Shown: one piece after another, positions 1 to 13,972 of the stretch
Layout: the number at the start of each line of letters is the position of its first letter
How positions within the stretch are numbered: the first letter of the stretch is position 1
Origin: Oikopleura dioica
Lineage: Eukaryota > Animalia > Chordata
Reading direction: 5' to 3'
DNA: 64,000 bases
Assembly (NCBI GenBank): GCA_907165135.1
Contig: OU015568.1
Coordinates: 14,829,208 to 14,893,207 of the forward strand
Notes under the pieces: model-generated
The model's database searches: none
What the model saw: the letters and a program-made list of their open reading frames with translations, nothing else
What the model was told of the DNA's origin: nothing
Translations under genes and position numbers: made by a program

Positions 1-702
1 TGAGAAAGAAGCCAATCAGATTAAAGCTCTTTTTGACCAATAAGAAACCAAAGATTTTTTTGGAACTTTTGTTAAAATTTATTATAAAATCGTGGTCAAA
101 ATATGTCCACGTTATCGTTTTTTCGTAATGATTTCTTAAAAAAATCAAAAGAAAAAACGTTCTTTGGTTTGTTTTTGCAGAAAATAGGAATTATCGTAGG
201 GCCGAGGGACGGAAGTTAGACAACGATGACGGACGAGGCCACGTGGGTGCTCGTGTGATGTTATAAAAAGCGCTTGTCTTGGGCGATAAGGAAGCGTAAT
301 CAGCTTGTCTTGGCCATGTCCCTTCTCGGGATTCATGCGCTTCCCCAGCTCTAGTAATTATTTATTAATATTACCAGCAGTCAAGAGTTATTCAATCAAA
401 CTATCATAATCTTGTTCTTCAAAAGGGGGCGAAAAAATTTCGCGAAAATGTGAATCGCCAAGTTCCCAGACACACGCGCACTTACAGACGTTTAAATCCA
501 CCTCAATCTTGTCAGAGGAGAGTGTCACCTGGCTCAGATTTCTCGAGTATTAATCCAGCGCGTTCATCTCAACCGATTATCCGGAATTCAAGAATTTTCC
601 TCTCGCGTTTCATTTTCTTTTATTTTTCGCGAAAGCTGACGCTAAGAGCTTGGGCTTGGCGCGTTTGTTTGTTAATCCAGCTTATTAATTATCTCTTTCT
701 AG

Positions 703-2414
703 GAAAATCTGCCAGCGGAGTTGAGAATCTGGATCGACCCTGACGAGGTCAGCTATCAAATTGGAGAAAAGGGGACGACTTCGATTTTGTACAAGAAAAA
801 AGGAGCTGAGATCGAATATGGAGCTGATATTACTGCTTCTGTTCAGCCACAGGTACAGTAAAAGAAATGACTCATTTGACCTTTGAACAAACTTTTAAAC
901 ACGAAATATAGAATTTTCGCGAAAAGCAAATAGGGCCATAAAAATCTTGATTTTGAAAGAAGGGCGGTAGTCGTTGTTGATTGTCCGAAAGACAGGTCGT
1001 CTACTGGGAAGACAGTCAGCTGCCCCTCGTTATAGTTTGCCCTTGCTCTCTTTCTGTTTGCTTCAAAGGTCAGCTATGCTCAAGGCAAGCAAGTAAAGTC
1101 TCTTTCGAAAATCTTACGCAAAGTTGACTTAGTTCAAGATAAGACCAACATTACATTTACACAGCTTTAGCGTAATAGCTCTCTGTTGCTTTAGGGCTTA
1201 GCCGGGCCATACAGTATTTAGTGGATCAGTTTCTTGAGAAACTTTTTGATACAGCCCTTTCTGATAACTGTTACATGTAGATGTAGACCAGGGCTGGTGA
1301 AAAGGCCTCTCACGTGGGCTCAAGCCGTTGCACTTGAGCTTGAGTAGATAACGTAGATAATGCGAAAATCAAATCCTTAGGCAGCTTTTTCTTTCGCAGC
1401 AGATTTTTAAGTGGCCCTTCAATGGGAGCCTTACCGCCGCGAATTGCCTACCTCTCCAATATCAGGAGAAAATTGTCCTTTCTTGTCTGACCGACACAAT
1501 ATTCATTTTCTAATCTGTTCTTTTCTAGGTTTCCCCAATCCGAGCCCAGCATCAGCGAGTCCAGTACCAGCAGCGTCCATTAATGACTGTTGACGAATTC
1601 ATGAGCACCAAATTCGGTTCGATGAAAAACCGTGGCGCCCGACGAGGCCAGCACAGCTCTACCCACCGGCCACCTGCATACCCCGCTCCAGGATCGCCCA
1701 CCGGCTTCACACCACAACAACAGCAGCTTCATCAGCAGCAGAGCCAAAACATGAATGCGCACAATTTGCAGCAAGCCGCAAATCTCGCCCGAGCTATTCC
1801 CCAAAGTCTCCAGCTGCCGCAACTCAGCGTCCAGCAAATCCAACTCCTCCAGCAACAGCTCCTTCTTCAGCAATTGGCCAACTCACAACAACAACAGCAG
1901 GTACAGTTGAAAGTAAAATTTTGACCCCGAAATTCAATCGTAAATCATGAATGAATCTGTCGCCCCTTCTTCCATTAACTCAAATTTGCTCTTCTGAAAT
2001 GTTCAATTATTTGTTCAGAGCCCCGTGCAGAGCCCTGTCGAGTCCAAGTGCTTCCAGCCGTTTCCCCGTTCGCCGATCAACCCCAACGCGCGGGTCTTCG
2101 AGCCCCAGGTGCAGCTCCACCAGACGCCCTCTGGCGGCCTCTCCCCAAGCTACTCCTTCAACTCCTTCCCGCCCAAGGCTGATTCTGAGTCCTCATTGTC
2201 CAGTTCGTTCGACTCCCTCAAAAAGAGCTCGTCCTACAACTTCGAGCACGCCTGGCGAGACATTTCCTCCTCTCCCACGAGATGGAGCCCGACCCATTCC
2301 GATCCAATGCACTCCGGCGACGATTCCGGCTTCGACAACGCTTCAGTCGACGAAGAAGCCGATCTTGATCCTCTCTTCTTGAATCACATTTCATCACTTC
2401 GAATTGAAACGTAA
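703..2414 (+). CDS. TOB: BTG/Tob family antiproliferative protein (Tob), 5'-partial; exons 703-852, 1529-1900, 2019-2414
   Basis: Spliced frame gives LPAELRIWIDPDEVSYQIGEKG (BTG box B), the Tob-specific FMSTKFGSMK motif, a Gln-rich tract and the PAM2-like motif INPNARVFEP. GT-AG junctions are all in phase 0. N-terminal exons were not located. Confidence 0.9.
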
Positions 2415-5330
2415 ATCGATGAATCAAATCTTTTTTATATTTATATCTACTGCTACTATCTTTTCCCCCCTTTTTTCTTTCCTAAATGAAGTAACGAATT
2501 ACTTGTGACAATAACAACTGTTTAAATTTTTAACTGTTTATTTTTTTTCTTCTTTCAAAAGAAAAAGGAATCGAAAAGTCTTTTCATCCCTTTTTTAGCT
2601 GCTGGAACGGCCCAAGGTCTACTAGAAAACTGCCTCTAGAATAACCCCGTTTCTAGTGAACCCTTTTTATACAGAACTATATTAATATTGTAATTATGGT
2701 GTGTATTTTTAATCAGAAAACCCGAAAACCGGAATTGTCCAAAAACCAAAACCACCCAAAAAAAACCATTTGCCAAAAAAAAGAAACATCGCAATAGTCA
2801 AATTCAATTTCCAATAGTTCAATTAACCCTTTTTATACAATTCCCAAAGACTAGAATCTCGAAATAATTGAGAAAAAAGTCGCGTTTTCAACATTTTTTT
2901 ATCCATTTATCTTTCTACTTTCGGTGTATTTTCAGGTGCTTTTCCGCTCTTTTGATTGGCCCTTTGCTTTTTTGAGCAGCGCTATCAAGCGGAAAACACT
3001 ATATTTAAAAAAGAAATGGAGCATTTTAAACTTACTTGTAACATAGAATTTAATACTGAACTGTCTACTGAATATTTTTTAATAAAAAAATGATCTGCAT
3101 CAAAATATCAAAGCTAGAAAAGTGTGTTTGCTTATCATCAAGAGCCGAGGTTTTTTTCGAATTGCAAAAACAACAAAAAACAGCCGCAGGATCTGAATTA
3201 GGGTTTTCTCGGCAAGCAGATCTCAGCAAGGAAAATATTGAGCATCGGAGAAAAAGACGAAATAGAGAAGAAAAATGACGCCGAAGAATTATGATTCGAT
3301 GGGTGAGTTTAAAAACTTCCGCCTTTTTTGAGAGGAACTCTATCGCCAGACAATTGTCTAAGACTATTTCCGCCATTTTTTTAGATAATCAATTGGTCAG
3401 TCAATAATCCTCCAGACTGATTTTAAGGTCTTATCGTGTTTGAATACCAGAGAGGGAATTTTGAAGGAAAAAATTTGTACAATGATAGATCAACATAAGT
3501 TTACAAGAAAATAGACCGGAAATACTCAGCTTTTAGGACTAAACCAATCCAAGGAAGTATATTTTTGGAAGACCAATAAAATTGCTGTACTTGGCCTACT
3601 GGCCAATCAAAACCTTGATCCACAAAATCACTTCCATAAATTGGTTTAACCCGCTTTTTCGACACAAAAAATGATGATCATTAATTCCGATTTTCTTTAA
3701 TAAAGTTATTTTCAAACCGTTTTTAGTGTTTAAAAAAGGACGCCATAAAGGAAGCTCATTTGGAAAAGAATCAATGCTGGGAGCTTCCTTTGTAGATATT
3801 CGGAGTTATTCTTCCTTTATATTTGATTTCCGCTGCTTCTTTATCGTTGAGTATATTTGATTATGCTGGTTATAAAAAGTTACTGTTTCCACAAGTCGGT
3901 GAAAATGACTCTTTCAACTACGAGTTGTACAGTCAGCAGAATGGCAGTTTTTTCTTTCGCTAAGTTTAGTTGATGGATTTGTTGTTCTGGGAAATCCCAC
4001 GATCGTAATTCCTAATGACGATAGTGCCCCGTATCGTAATTCTTCCCAAATATAAACCAGTCTTTTTCCGATAAGCAGCACAAATGTTCCTCGAGAAATA
4101 ATGACAACATGTCCTGGAAGCAAGTTTCCCTTATATGTTGCGATGTTTAATTTAAATTCCAGCGATTTCTTCATGAACCAAGGAATGTTCTTTTCTGACT
4201 GCAACTACAAATTTTCTGACAACATTTTCTGACGTAGCTACTTTCTCATGATGAAGAAGAACTTCTAAAATGATCATCAAAATTATAAATTTAGAAATTT
4301 GAGTCAAAAAGGCTTTGGAAAAATCTTTCGTTTTTGTCTGCCAGACATTTCTGCAAGAGATGAGGTTGTTGCATCACTGTTTTCAGTGGTTAGTTAGCTT
4401 GCGATCTTGCGGAATAACTGGCGATGTAATCTACCGTTGATGTGGGCAAAGCCCGTATCTAGTTTCAATATCTCCGGTAGTACGAAGGTAGAGAAGGTCC
4501 TCCTCTCTGTACGCTCCACCGCCTGATTGGCTCGAAAAAATATACGTTCCAAGGTCTTTAACTCTCGATTCCGGCGTTTTCAGGGATTTTTCACTGAAGA
4601 GAAATGAAAGATAAGGGTCTAAAAAGTCTGAAAACCGTCAAATCAATGTTTTTACTCGAGCGATAAGCCAAAAATACCATAAATGAAAGCACTGGAGTTG
4701 CCCGCGGGAGGGTCCGCTAGGTTACCGGGCAGAGTGCTGATTCGTGCAGCAAAATTCCTATTTTTCTTCAATCAGGCCTAGAAACGGTGCAATCAGTCTA
4801 TTCCTAGGCGATACAAGACTCAGGTACTATTTTTCATATTTTCACTTTTCCTCCAATCGTTTGAAACTGTAACAAACACTAGAGCATAAAAAATAAACAG
4901 AGAGTTGGAAAACTGGTTCAATTTTTGGATTATCCGCGTGGCGGGAACTCTAGGGACTCTTCTGTCCAGGGTTGATCTTTTGAAAGCATCTATTTTTTGG
5001 AGAAGGAGGAATTCTAGCGCGGCGCAATCAAAGCACCGCGAAATGGCAAATGGAACACTCGCCGGCCCCTCAGCCTCTTTTCCCCCTTTCCGGTCATTCA
5101 TTTTTCACATTCCATTTTTGCCACTTTTTATTGATTTTAATCAGGGTCATTATTACGGCGTTTATTACGCGTGAGATAGAGAGAAAATAAATCAAAGCGC
5201 CGAACGATGGCGCATATGAGCGCGCAGAGCCAATCAGCGCTCAGTATGGCTTCGTCGAGGAGCAAGAGATCAATTGCTATTTCGGTTGTTGGGGTGAGAT
5301 TTTTGACACTAGAATTTTCGCATTTTTTGG

Positions 5331-8300
5331 ATGGCTCCTTTGTCGAAAAAAGAGCTAGAATCGTTGCAAACGATCAAAGGAGAGTTGCAAACGAGACGAG
5401 AAAATATTCTAGCGCTGCTGCGAGAAAGAGAAAAAGAAAACCTAGAGATAGAGAAGCAAAAATGTCACTCACCCCAATATCAGGAGTACTCGCAAAACGG
5501 CGATTACTCGGAGCTGAGATTCGATCAAAATATTCAAAATGGAAGGGGTCGACTCCCGCCGCTTTCGAACAAGTCCTCGACTTATTCTGGCCGGACAAAT
5601 GGGACTAGTTACACTTCTGGCACCCCGACGCAGTCTAATTATAGCGCTACTACGGCAACTAATCAATCCTATTCCAACTACAGGCTCGGTTCTTTCCTTC
5701 TCCACAATTTTTTTTCATGCTTTCAAAGGGTCAACCTGGCATGGGATTATGAAAACTACTCTTTAGAAAATAAAGTATAATACAGTATTATTAATACTTT
5801 AGACAACAGTGACTTGTCTCTGTTCTTTTTCAGAAGCCATAATAATCGTTTACGTGTCACACCTTTATATTAATATTATTTAATAGATATGAACTAATAT
5901 AATTATGATCATCCCGCAAGTGACGAAGCATAGAACTAGAAATTCCTAAGAACCCAATCTCAAGTCATAGTAGTTTCCAACCCACTACTACTCACAACAC
6001 ACACACCGTAAATACCACTATCTTGAACCAACGGCGTAATTCAGACGGCGACGGCACTAGTAGCGCCGTTCAACAACTTCAGCGAAACTACGAAGCTCGC
6101 TCCGGCCCTTATCTAACACAAGCACTTGGCTACCTCGACCCGGCGACACGGGCAAATCTTTCAAAATCTAGCGGCGCGATAAATCAAATGGCGGATAACG
6201 TTTCCCTGTCTTCGCGATCGTCTACTCTTGCTGCTAATCAGAAAGGAGGCAGTATGGGGCTCTCCAACAACGTCGACCCCGCGGCAATCCTTCTCCAGCA
6301 GCAACTCGCCGGCGGCGCTCCATCAAAGCCACCAGCCGGCGGCTACACCGGCGGTGCCATTCAAAACGGCACAGCCTCCACCACCGCCATCGCACCAATT
6401 CCAGAAGTCGTAAAGGCCCCCGAATTCCAACTCTTCAAAGAAGCAGAGCACAATGCTGAGCTTCTATCGGGCCTAAACGAGCTGCGAAACGAGAACTTTC
6501 TCTGCGACGTCACTTTAATGGCTGATGACAAACCCTTTTCCGCCCACCGCGCTGTCCTTGCTGCTACCAGTCCCTATCTGAAAACTCTCTTCAGCGACAT
6601 GAGCGGAGGCAAAATCGAACACGAAGTCGTCGAAATCCGAGGCGTTTCTGCCGAAGGTCTCAAACACATCATCAACTACATCTACACTTCTGAGCTCAAA
6701 TTGAACATGACAAACATTCGAGAGGTTCTCGCTGCTGCGGCGCATATGCAATTAAAGGCCGCTACTAACTTCGCCATCACTTTTCTCAAGGTAAAATTTG
6801 AAATTTGAAAAATCATAAACTCGATCATATTTTTCTGAGTAGATAATTTAGCTTGATTATTATTATGAAATAAGCTTTATAGAATTACAAACAGGGCAAC
6901 GCCGAAGATTTCGCAGGCGATCATTGATAGTAAAAATTTTAGCACGAAATCTCCGTCTTCAATTGTGTCGACATCATCCAAATCTCCGAGCAATTCGAAC
7001 TCCCAGAAGTCGAAGAGAAAGCCTACTCCTTCATTGCTCAACACTTGAATGAGCTCGTGAAAACCGAAGAAATCCAAAAACTCTCGATCGAGAACATGAG
7101 TTTCCTCCTTGATTCCAACGGCCTGAAAAACGTCTCCGAGCTCGAACTTTTCGAAGCCACTCGACAATGGCTCATGTTCGACCAAAACCGATACCAGTAC
7201 ATTCGGCCGCTTATGGAGAAGATCCGCTTCCCACAGATACCCCCGCGTGACCTCCTGAGATATGTCAACTTTGTTGACTTCATGCGCATCGAGTGCAATT
7301 ATTTGCTCCTCGAGGCGTCCAACTACCACATGCTGCCACATTCCCAGCCGATTTTGCAATCTGTGAGAACCCAAGTGAGGTCAAACGATTTCCGTATGGT
7401 CGTCGTTGGTGGTGTCGACCAACAAGATCGCGTGTCCAATCAGCTTCTCGCTCTTACACCAGATGTTTCCAAGTCCGACTTCTTGCCACCAATGCACGAA
7501 GGTCTCTGCTCTCACTGCGTCGCTGTGTTAAATAACTTCCTCTACGTCCTTGGTGGTCAGAATCTCTTTGATGAGCGAGGCAACACAGCTGTGAACAGCG
7601 TTGTCCGATACGATCCTCGATTCAATATTTGGATGCGAATCGCGTCCATGAACGATAAGCGAGCTGGTTTCACCGTTTCCGTCGTCGACAACCGCCTCTA
7701 TGCTCTTGGTGGTGTCAATGCTGCTGGTCGATTGAGCTCTATGGAATGCTACAGCTTGGAAGACGATAGATGGAGATATGTTGCTTCCGTTCAAACTGTA
7801 AGTCGCTTCTTCTTGCTTCTATAACTAATCAATAATTTTAGGGATTGTGCGACCATGCTGAATCTGTCCACGGAAATCTGCTCTACGTTTCAGGAGGATT
7901 CAAGGAAGGCCGATTTTCTAACCAACTGTTGGCTTATTCTCCTCGACACGATACTTGGCATGAACGAGCTCCGATGAATGTTCCTCGAGGATGGCATACA
8001 ATGATCGCTTTTGGCGAGGTGGGATTCATTGAAGTTTAAATTTCTAGTTAAAATCTAGAGCATCTTTGTTACTGGTGGTAACGCTGGCCTGAACAAGCGA
8101 GTGGACATCCACGAAACTGAAATCTACTCTGTCATGTCTAACCAGTGGACAATGGTCTCCCCACTTCCGCTGCCTCAATCTGAGGGTGGTGTATGCTACC
8201 ATAACAACAAGTAAATGTCCTTTATAAGTTCAAGTTTTTATCTGCTCCTTCAGAATCGTCATCATTGGTGGCTACTCCTGGACTCATCAGAAATGCGTCA

Positions 8301-8886
8301 ACACAATTCAAGCCTACGATCCAGTCAAAGACACTTGGGAGCGACCCGGAAATCTTCCAATTGAACTTTCTGGTGTCAAAGCTGCTGTCCTTTCTATTCC
8401 ATACTCACTCTCGTCTGGTGGCAAAAAACCTTCCTCGGTATGATTTTTCAAAGAATCGCAAGTAATAATTTTGAATCAAGGGAATGTCTTGGCCTCCTCG
8501 ATCGAGCAGATCTCTCAACAACACTGGCATGGGTGCAAACAGCCTTCCACTCGGATCTCTTAACGATCCAATGAACATGGGCGCTCTTCGGGATTCTTTG
8601 GGATCAATGTCAAAGGTATAATAGCGAATAAAGGCTAAGACTAAATTATACATTTCAGACCGGAACTGGCGGTTTCGGCGGAGGAAATCGAGGCTACGCC
8701 CCATCTGAAGTTGGTTCCATCGCTCCATCGATGAGCCGTCCCGGAACTTTTGGAGATTCTGCATCACGTGCTCAGTCTGTCGCTGGTGAAGACCTTGGTG
8801 AAGGAAGTGGAGCTCGAGGATCCTACCGAGGCGCCCCTGCTTTCGGCTCTGGACCTTCTGAGCGCGGTTACAATGGACAGTACTAG
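5331..8886 (+). CDS. BTB-BACK-Kelch protein, KLHL9/KLHL13-like, with a long low-complexity N-terminus and Gly-rich C-terminal tail
   Basis: BTB (LCDVTLMADDKPFSAHRAVLAA), BACK and six kelch-type repeats (e.g. LYVLGGQNLFDERGNTAVNSVVRYDPRFNIW). Core exons about 5934-6790, 6943-7797, 7842-8018, then four more to TAG 8884-8886. The link to ATG 5331 via a GC-AG intron and a 14-nt exon is inferred. Confidence 0.85.
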
Positions 8887-10399
8887 TTAGACAAGCTCTA
8901 GAAACAAGCTTCCGTATGCTCTCTTCTTCCTTTTCCCTACATTTCTTTTTGCTACATAAACTCATCAACATAAAAAGTTACTGTAAATAGAAAATATTAC
9001 CACTTCTTTAAAACTGTATCAATACTTCCTGTTCGCTAAGTTTCAAAAGATAGAACACATCAACAATCATCAATATTCGCGATTTACTCTACAACTTTAC
9101 ACGAATAAAATTGCTGGATAAATTTTGATTGAAATGACTTTTATATAGACTTTCAGAGAATAATAAATAGTTGGAGAAAAAAGAGAATTATAAAGATAAA
9201 AAGAATTGAGTGAGTTTTGATGATCCCGGAAAAAGGATGAATGCCGTGAATTCCAAAACGGCATATTCACTCGTGCTCTGAGGGATCTTATTCCGACTGC
9301 ACCATTTATCAAAGTCTTTTATGTACATCTTCATTGAGGACCTTTTTCAACTCCTCGTTTATCAAACAAATGATAGGCTCATAAAATCATTTCTTCAAAT
9401 GTAGAGTGATTACTTCCGGCCTTTGCTTTTTCCGAATACAGGATTTCGTACTCCTCCTTGTCTTCCGGCAAAAATTCACCCCAGAAGTAATAATTGAATT
9501 TGTAAGAGTCTGGTCGATAAAGAATTCAAAAAACTAAATTATTCCTTCTGACGAGGAAAAATGTCTGTTTTCTTAACCTGAGTAAAGTCCGAGTCAAATT
9601 CATGGAATCAATATCGTCTCAAGATTGTTATCTCTTCTTCTTTATATAGGATAAGTACGAATAATCACGTGATACTTCGGAGCAGACATATTCTCCATTA
9701 GAAAGTCGGCGATTCGCGCTGGAAAATCGGCTTATTCACGAGGCATCTGCCCACTTCTGGAACGAGAAGTACATTTATGAGTATGATCGGTGGACAATGG
9801 CGCCCCACTCGTCTGCTTTATTCCACTTTCCTCTTCTGACAAGCGATTTCGGTCTTTGAGTGACTTTGATTTATATTTTATTGGGAACATTTTGGACTGA
9901 ACCTCTTTGCGCCCCAATCTCATTTTCAAACGCTGAATCTGTCAATTGGAATACACCGCGATTTACCGTTTTGAACTCAGAGAATAAATCGAGCCAGTCA
10001 ATCTACGACGGATTCAACTTTTGGAAGCCCACAGTCTTCGAAGAGAAAACTCGTTAAAAGACGAAAAAAAAGCGGATACGGAAATATCTTCAGAAAACTA
10101 AAGGAAAAACTACAAACAAGACGATGAATCTGAAAATATTCTTGGAAAGTGTTCAAATTAATCAATTTTTACTAAAACCAGACGGCTAAACTTGAAGATT
10201 ATTTTAATAAATACTCTCATTTTTCCTTCAAAAAAGTCATTTTCGAATGATTTTCGGCTCTAAAATTTTGATGACTAGCCAGAGAAATGATGTCCTAACG
10301 ATTACGACCTAACCCTAACTCTAATTATGCCAGTGAAAGTCAGGGCCTGACTGTAAGTATCATAAATACATTAAGATTTATGAAATAAAACACTAAAAT

Positions 10400-11306
10400 A
10401 AATTGAACACTAAAAGATTTCTACAATAACTGCCATCTCTCAAAAAGCTTGCAAGGAGGGAATATGTATTGCGGTAAGAATTTAATTTCACCTTTTCCTT
10501 CATAATTCCTTAATTCTAGTGCTACGAAAAAGTGTTTATCAATTTGGAGAAAAGCCCGATTGCTGAAAAATGCGGGATGTTGTTGCGGAAGCAGTGCTGT
10601 ATTCAGTATTTGATCGTTTCAAATGGAATGGGCTTGCCCGCTCATGTAAGTTGGCATGGCAAAAACACCGCTTATTTGTAGGAGACGTTTTATGTTAATT
10701 ATCCCTTCTGTTATAGAACAAATTCAATCAGCTAGCATAATTGTCTAGGCTCAATTAGATTTAATTGCTCTTAGATTTTCGTTTACTATTTTAGCAATAA
10801 TTGATGATTCATGACTTTTTCTAGGGAAAAACTAATTGCAAAAATCTACCCGAAGAAAATGGACCTCTGATGAACATTTTTTCCACCGAGGAAGAAAAAA
10901 AACCAAGCCAAGGAAAGGTTCAAAAATTGAGAAAACCTTAGATCTAATTTATCTTTAAATTTTGACGGCCAGGTCGGTTTCTGCGGATTATGTGCTGCGG
11001 TGTGAATTTAGCTCAGCCGGGTTCTTCAAATTGATTGGCCCAAAAAACGAACACAGGCTTTTGATTGGCTGAAAACCCCCATAAAGATCCCATAAAGATC
11101 CCATGAAGATTTACCCGATTTACCAATGAAAAAACAAAATTTTTGCTTCAAAATACAAAACATTTTTGAGCTTTTTCACAGAGGAAATTGAACTCGGCCT
11201 TGAAAACCTGGACGAAATCGCCGGAGATTACTCGGACACCTATCAAGAAGACCTTGAACGCTGCGCAGCCGAACGAATCGCCCAAAGAGAATCTCAAGGA
11301 AAGTGA
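10400..11306 (+). CDS. Hypothetical multi-exon protein (Cys-rich middle exon, acidic last exon)
   Basis: GTAAG donors and TTCTAG/TCACAG acceptors delimit open exons such as CYEKVFINLEKSPIAEKCG and EIELGLENLDEIAGDYSDTYQEDLERC. Start not found; no homology recognised. Confidence 0.3.
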
Positions 11307-11349
11307 CAGTAATTCGTCTAAGCCCCCTCTAGGGACGTTCTCTTGGCAG

Positions 11350-12062
11350 CATTGAACTAGAAATTGTCCTACTAACGTACTCGTTGTTTGGCTACAAGGA
11401 GGGAGTTCCATACAAAGTGGATTCTACTCAGCTCCGTCGACTTGCGACAGCTTTTTTTGAAGAAGGCAGTGAATTTCGGCAGCTTTAATGAGGTCTAAAA
11501 CCGATGACTGGCGGTTAAAATAGGAGACAATCACTTATCTCAAATTGGAAGGCTTCTCCAAAAAAATCAGAACTGAAGTAGAAATAAGATAATGCAGTCT
11601 TTTAGTTGTAGTTAGTTTAGTTGGTTTTACAAAGGATTTATTTCTCAAAACGAAAACTCTGCGATTTTCTTAGCACTTGGGGAGATGACCACTTGTCAAG
11701 GAGCAGTAATGACTTTCTCAAATATAATATTCTGGCGTCAAAAGAGTCACCTGATAAAGTAATCAATATGATGATTTATGTTCTTCCATTGACGGTGACG
11801 ATTATGACGATTTCTTTCATTACTTACAGGTAAAACAAAAAAGACGATTAATGAACTGAAATTAACAAATGATCAATTAATATTTCAGGTATCGAAAAGG
11901 AAATATGCCAACTCTCGGTTCAATAAGAAAATATCCCAAGAGTCCCGTTTTGACCGCAAGTCAGGTAAGAACATCTTGCCGGAAATACGCAACGGTTTCT
12001 GTAATTTGATAATTTAGAGTGCGGTCTTTACAGCGGTCGCAGCTACAGATGTCTCAAAGTGA
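11350..12062 (+). CDS. Hypothetical single-pass membrane protein
   Basis: Spliced 3' end reads VINMMIYVLPLTVTIMTISFITYR|YRKGNMPTLGSIRKYPKSPVLTASQ|SAVFTAVAATDVSK* with canonical junctions. 5' end unclear. Confidence 0.35.
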
Positions 12063-12609
12063 AAAATTTTCTTTCGATTTCTTGCGAATAAAAAAAATCT
12101 CAATTCAAAGTTCTTGATTCAAAATTTTGACCAAAAATTGTCAATTTTCCCTTCCCTAACCCTAACCCTAACCGAGAATATCGAGCTAAGCTTCTGAAAA
12201 AGCAAAAGTTCAAAACCAAAATTCATCAAAAAATTGGATCGCCAGATGGGTCATAAAGCCGCTGCTGGATTGTCGCTTTCCAGAAATAACGGGGGTCGTT
12301 ATAAATCGGTTATTGTTTTATTCGTAAAAGCGTAAGTCCCCAACGTCTGACTTTCGCGATCATATTTTTACGATCATTTTGCGAGAGATGAATTCTGCTT
12401 CGCTTCGCATTCATCATCAACTTGATAGAGACTCGATAACAATCCTGAAAGCCGACTGAAAACTCCCACTCATCTCAAAGGCAGATTCATAAAGAAGAAA
12501 GGAGAAAAAGACAAGAGAAAGAGAGAAACCACCCACGAAGCGTAAAGGTTATTATAAAAATAAAATCAGCAAAGTAAAGATATTTTTCTTCGCCAGATCT
12601 TTGAATAAA

Positions 12610-12719
12610 AGCCGCGCAGCGGCTTTTTCTTGGAATGAAGCCGCGAAGCGGCTTTCCCAAAATGACCATTTTGTTTCGAGACTCTGAGTCAGGGCCTGAC
12701 TCAGGTTTTAAACACAGGC
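12610..12719. mobile_element. Remnant related to the 14232-14396 MITE
   Basis: Two AAGCCGC-NNN-GCGGCTT hairpins, then the palindrome CTGAGTCAGG-G-CCTGACTCAG (12684-12704), which looks like fused left and right TIR ends. Confidence 0.5.
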
Positions 12720-13972
12720 TGCCGACTCAGCTAATAAAATTAAAATTGAAAATTAAAAGTGAAGCAAAAATCGTTTTTATGGTCCGATCTTGGTCTGGGA
12801 AGTTGAGTTTCTAACGCTAGAATCAAAAATATTAATTATCAAATGAAAAAAATATGTTACATGTGCAAATGGAACGTGTTGACCTGCGACGCGAGATCGT
12901 CACATTTTCGGCGTTTTCTAAAGTTTTGAAAAGAGTCAATTATGAAATAACTCGCTTGAATTTTAGCTTCTGTTGTGGTTCGTGAAGGTGCGAAGATAGG
13001 CTCAAGACGGGTGTCAAGTCCCTCTACCTCTGAAGAAGCTAAGGAGCTAAGGAAGTGGAGATAATGCATTGAGAGAGGAACACACACAGCGAAACGAAAC
13101 CATGTTCAAGGAGGGCTGAGCCATTCTCTACTAGGTGGCCCTAAAAACATAATTCCAAATAAATTTGAGCAAATTAACAGCGTCAAATAATGCTGGTTAA
13201 TCTACTTTGAAAGTAGTACTTTCCAGTGGCTTTCTCACAGACTGGAATTGTTTATCAAAGACAGTCTATGATTAAAAGTCTCTGAATTCCGCCCAAATTA
13301 CTTATTTGAAAATACCTTATCAACTCTTATCAAAATATAAGCGCTTTCAGCCAATCAAAACGCTCCTCGAACCCATCCAAAATAAAAAAAATAAAGGGCC
13401 CTTCTCCCTAACCCTAACCAACAGATTGAATCTCTGACCCTAACCCAAATCTTTGTTGGAACCTCTCTTATTCGAAAAGGAAAATATGAATCAGCCCGCT
13501 AAAAGGGGGGTGTCGTAAAAAGGCTGAACGGAACATTCAAAAGGAAAAAACAAAACAAAGGTGAATTCTTTATTTTTCAAAAATACAACAACATATCATT
13601 CTCTTTCCATAATTGGCCTTTTCCGCGAAATAATGAAGTCGATTAAAAATTGTTTGTGTTGGTCCAAATCAGCGTCAATTTGTCAATTACGATCCATAAT
13701 TGGTAATAATAGTCCATTCTTTTGGCTCGAGCAATTGATCACTTCTATTTACTAAGAGTTATTTAGGGATAAATAAAGCCACTACCACTACCATTGTAAT
13801 TCGCAATATGCTATTTACAATCGACAACTGTTACAGTTGTTTTAGCTTGTTTCAAAATTGAGTCCAGAGAGTCCAGTTTTTTTGGAGAGTATTTTTGAAA
13901 CATCGTGGTTACAAGATATATTCTCAAAATGATAAAATGCAAAACGCATAGTATTACCCCTGCGAGTTATTT

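Noticed and set aside
145-336. 63-aa minus-strand ORF, or the missing Tob N-terminal exon
   Set aside because: No frame here resembles BTG box A, and the ORF has no recognisable homology.
4780-4835. U1 snRNA variant (ATAGTACCTG and ATTGCAC on the minus strand)
   Set aside because: Stem-loop order, the U1-70K loop and the Sm site do not match U1; kept only as a weak structured-RNA candidate.
3065-5174. Several 60-100 aa ORFs
   Set aside because: No consistent exon chain or homology could be built by eye; genes may exist but are not supportable.
8405-8971. 188-aa minus-strand ORF and similar antisense ORFs over kelch, pol, CADPS and the mosaic gene
   Set aside because: Shadow frames of genuine plus-strand exons.
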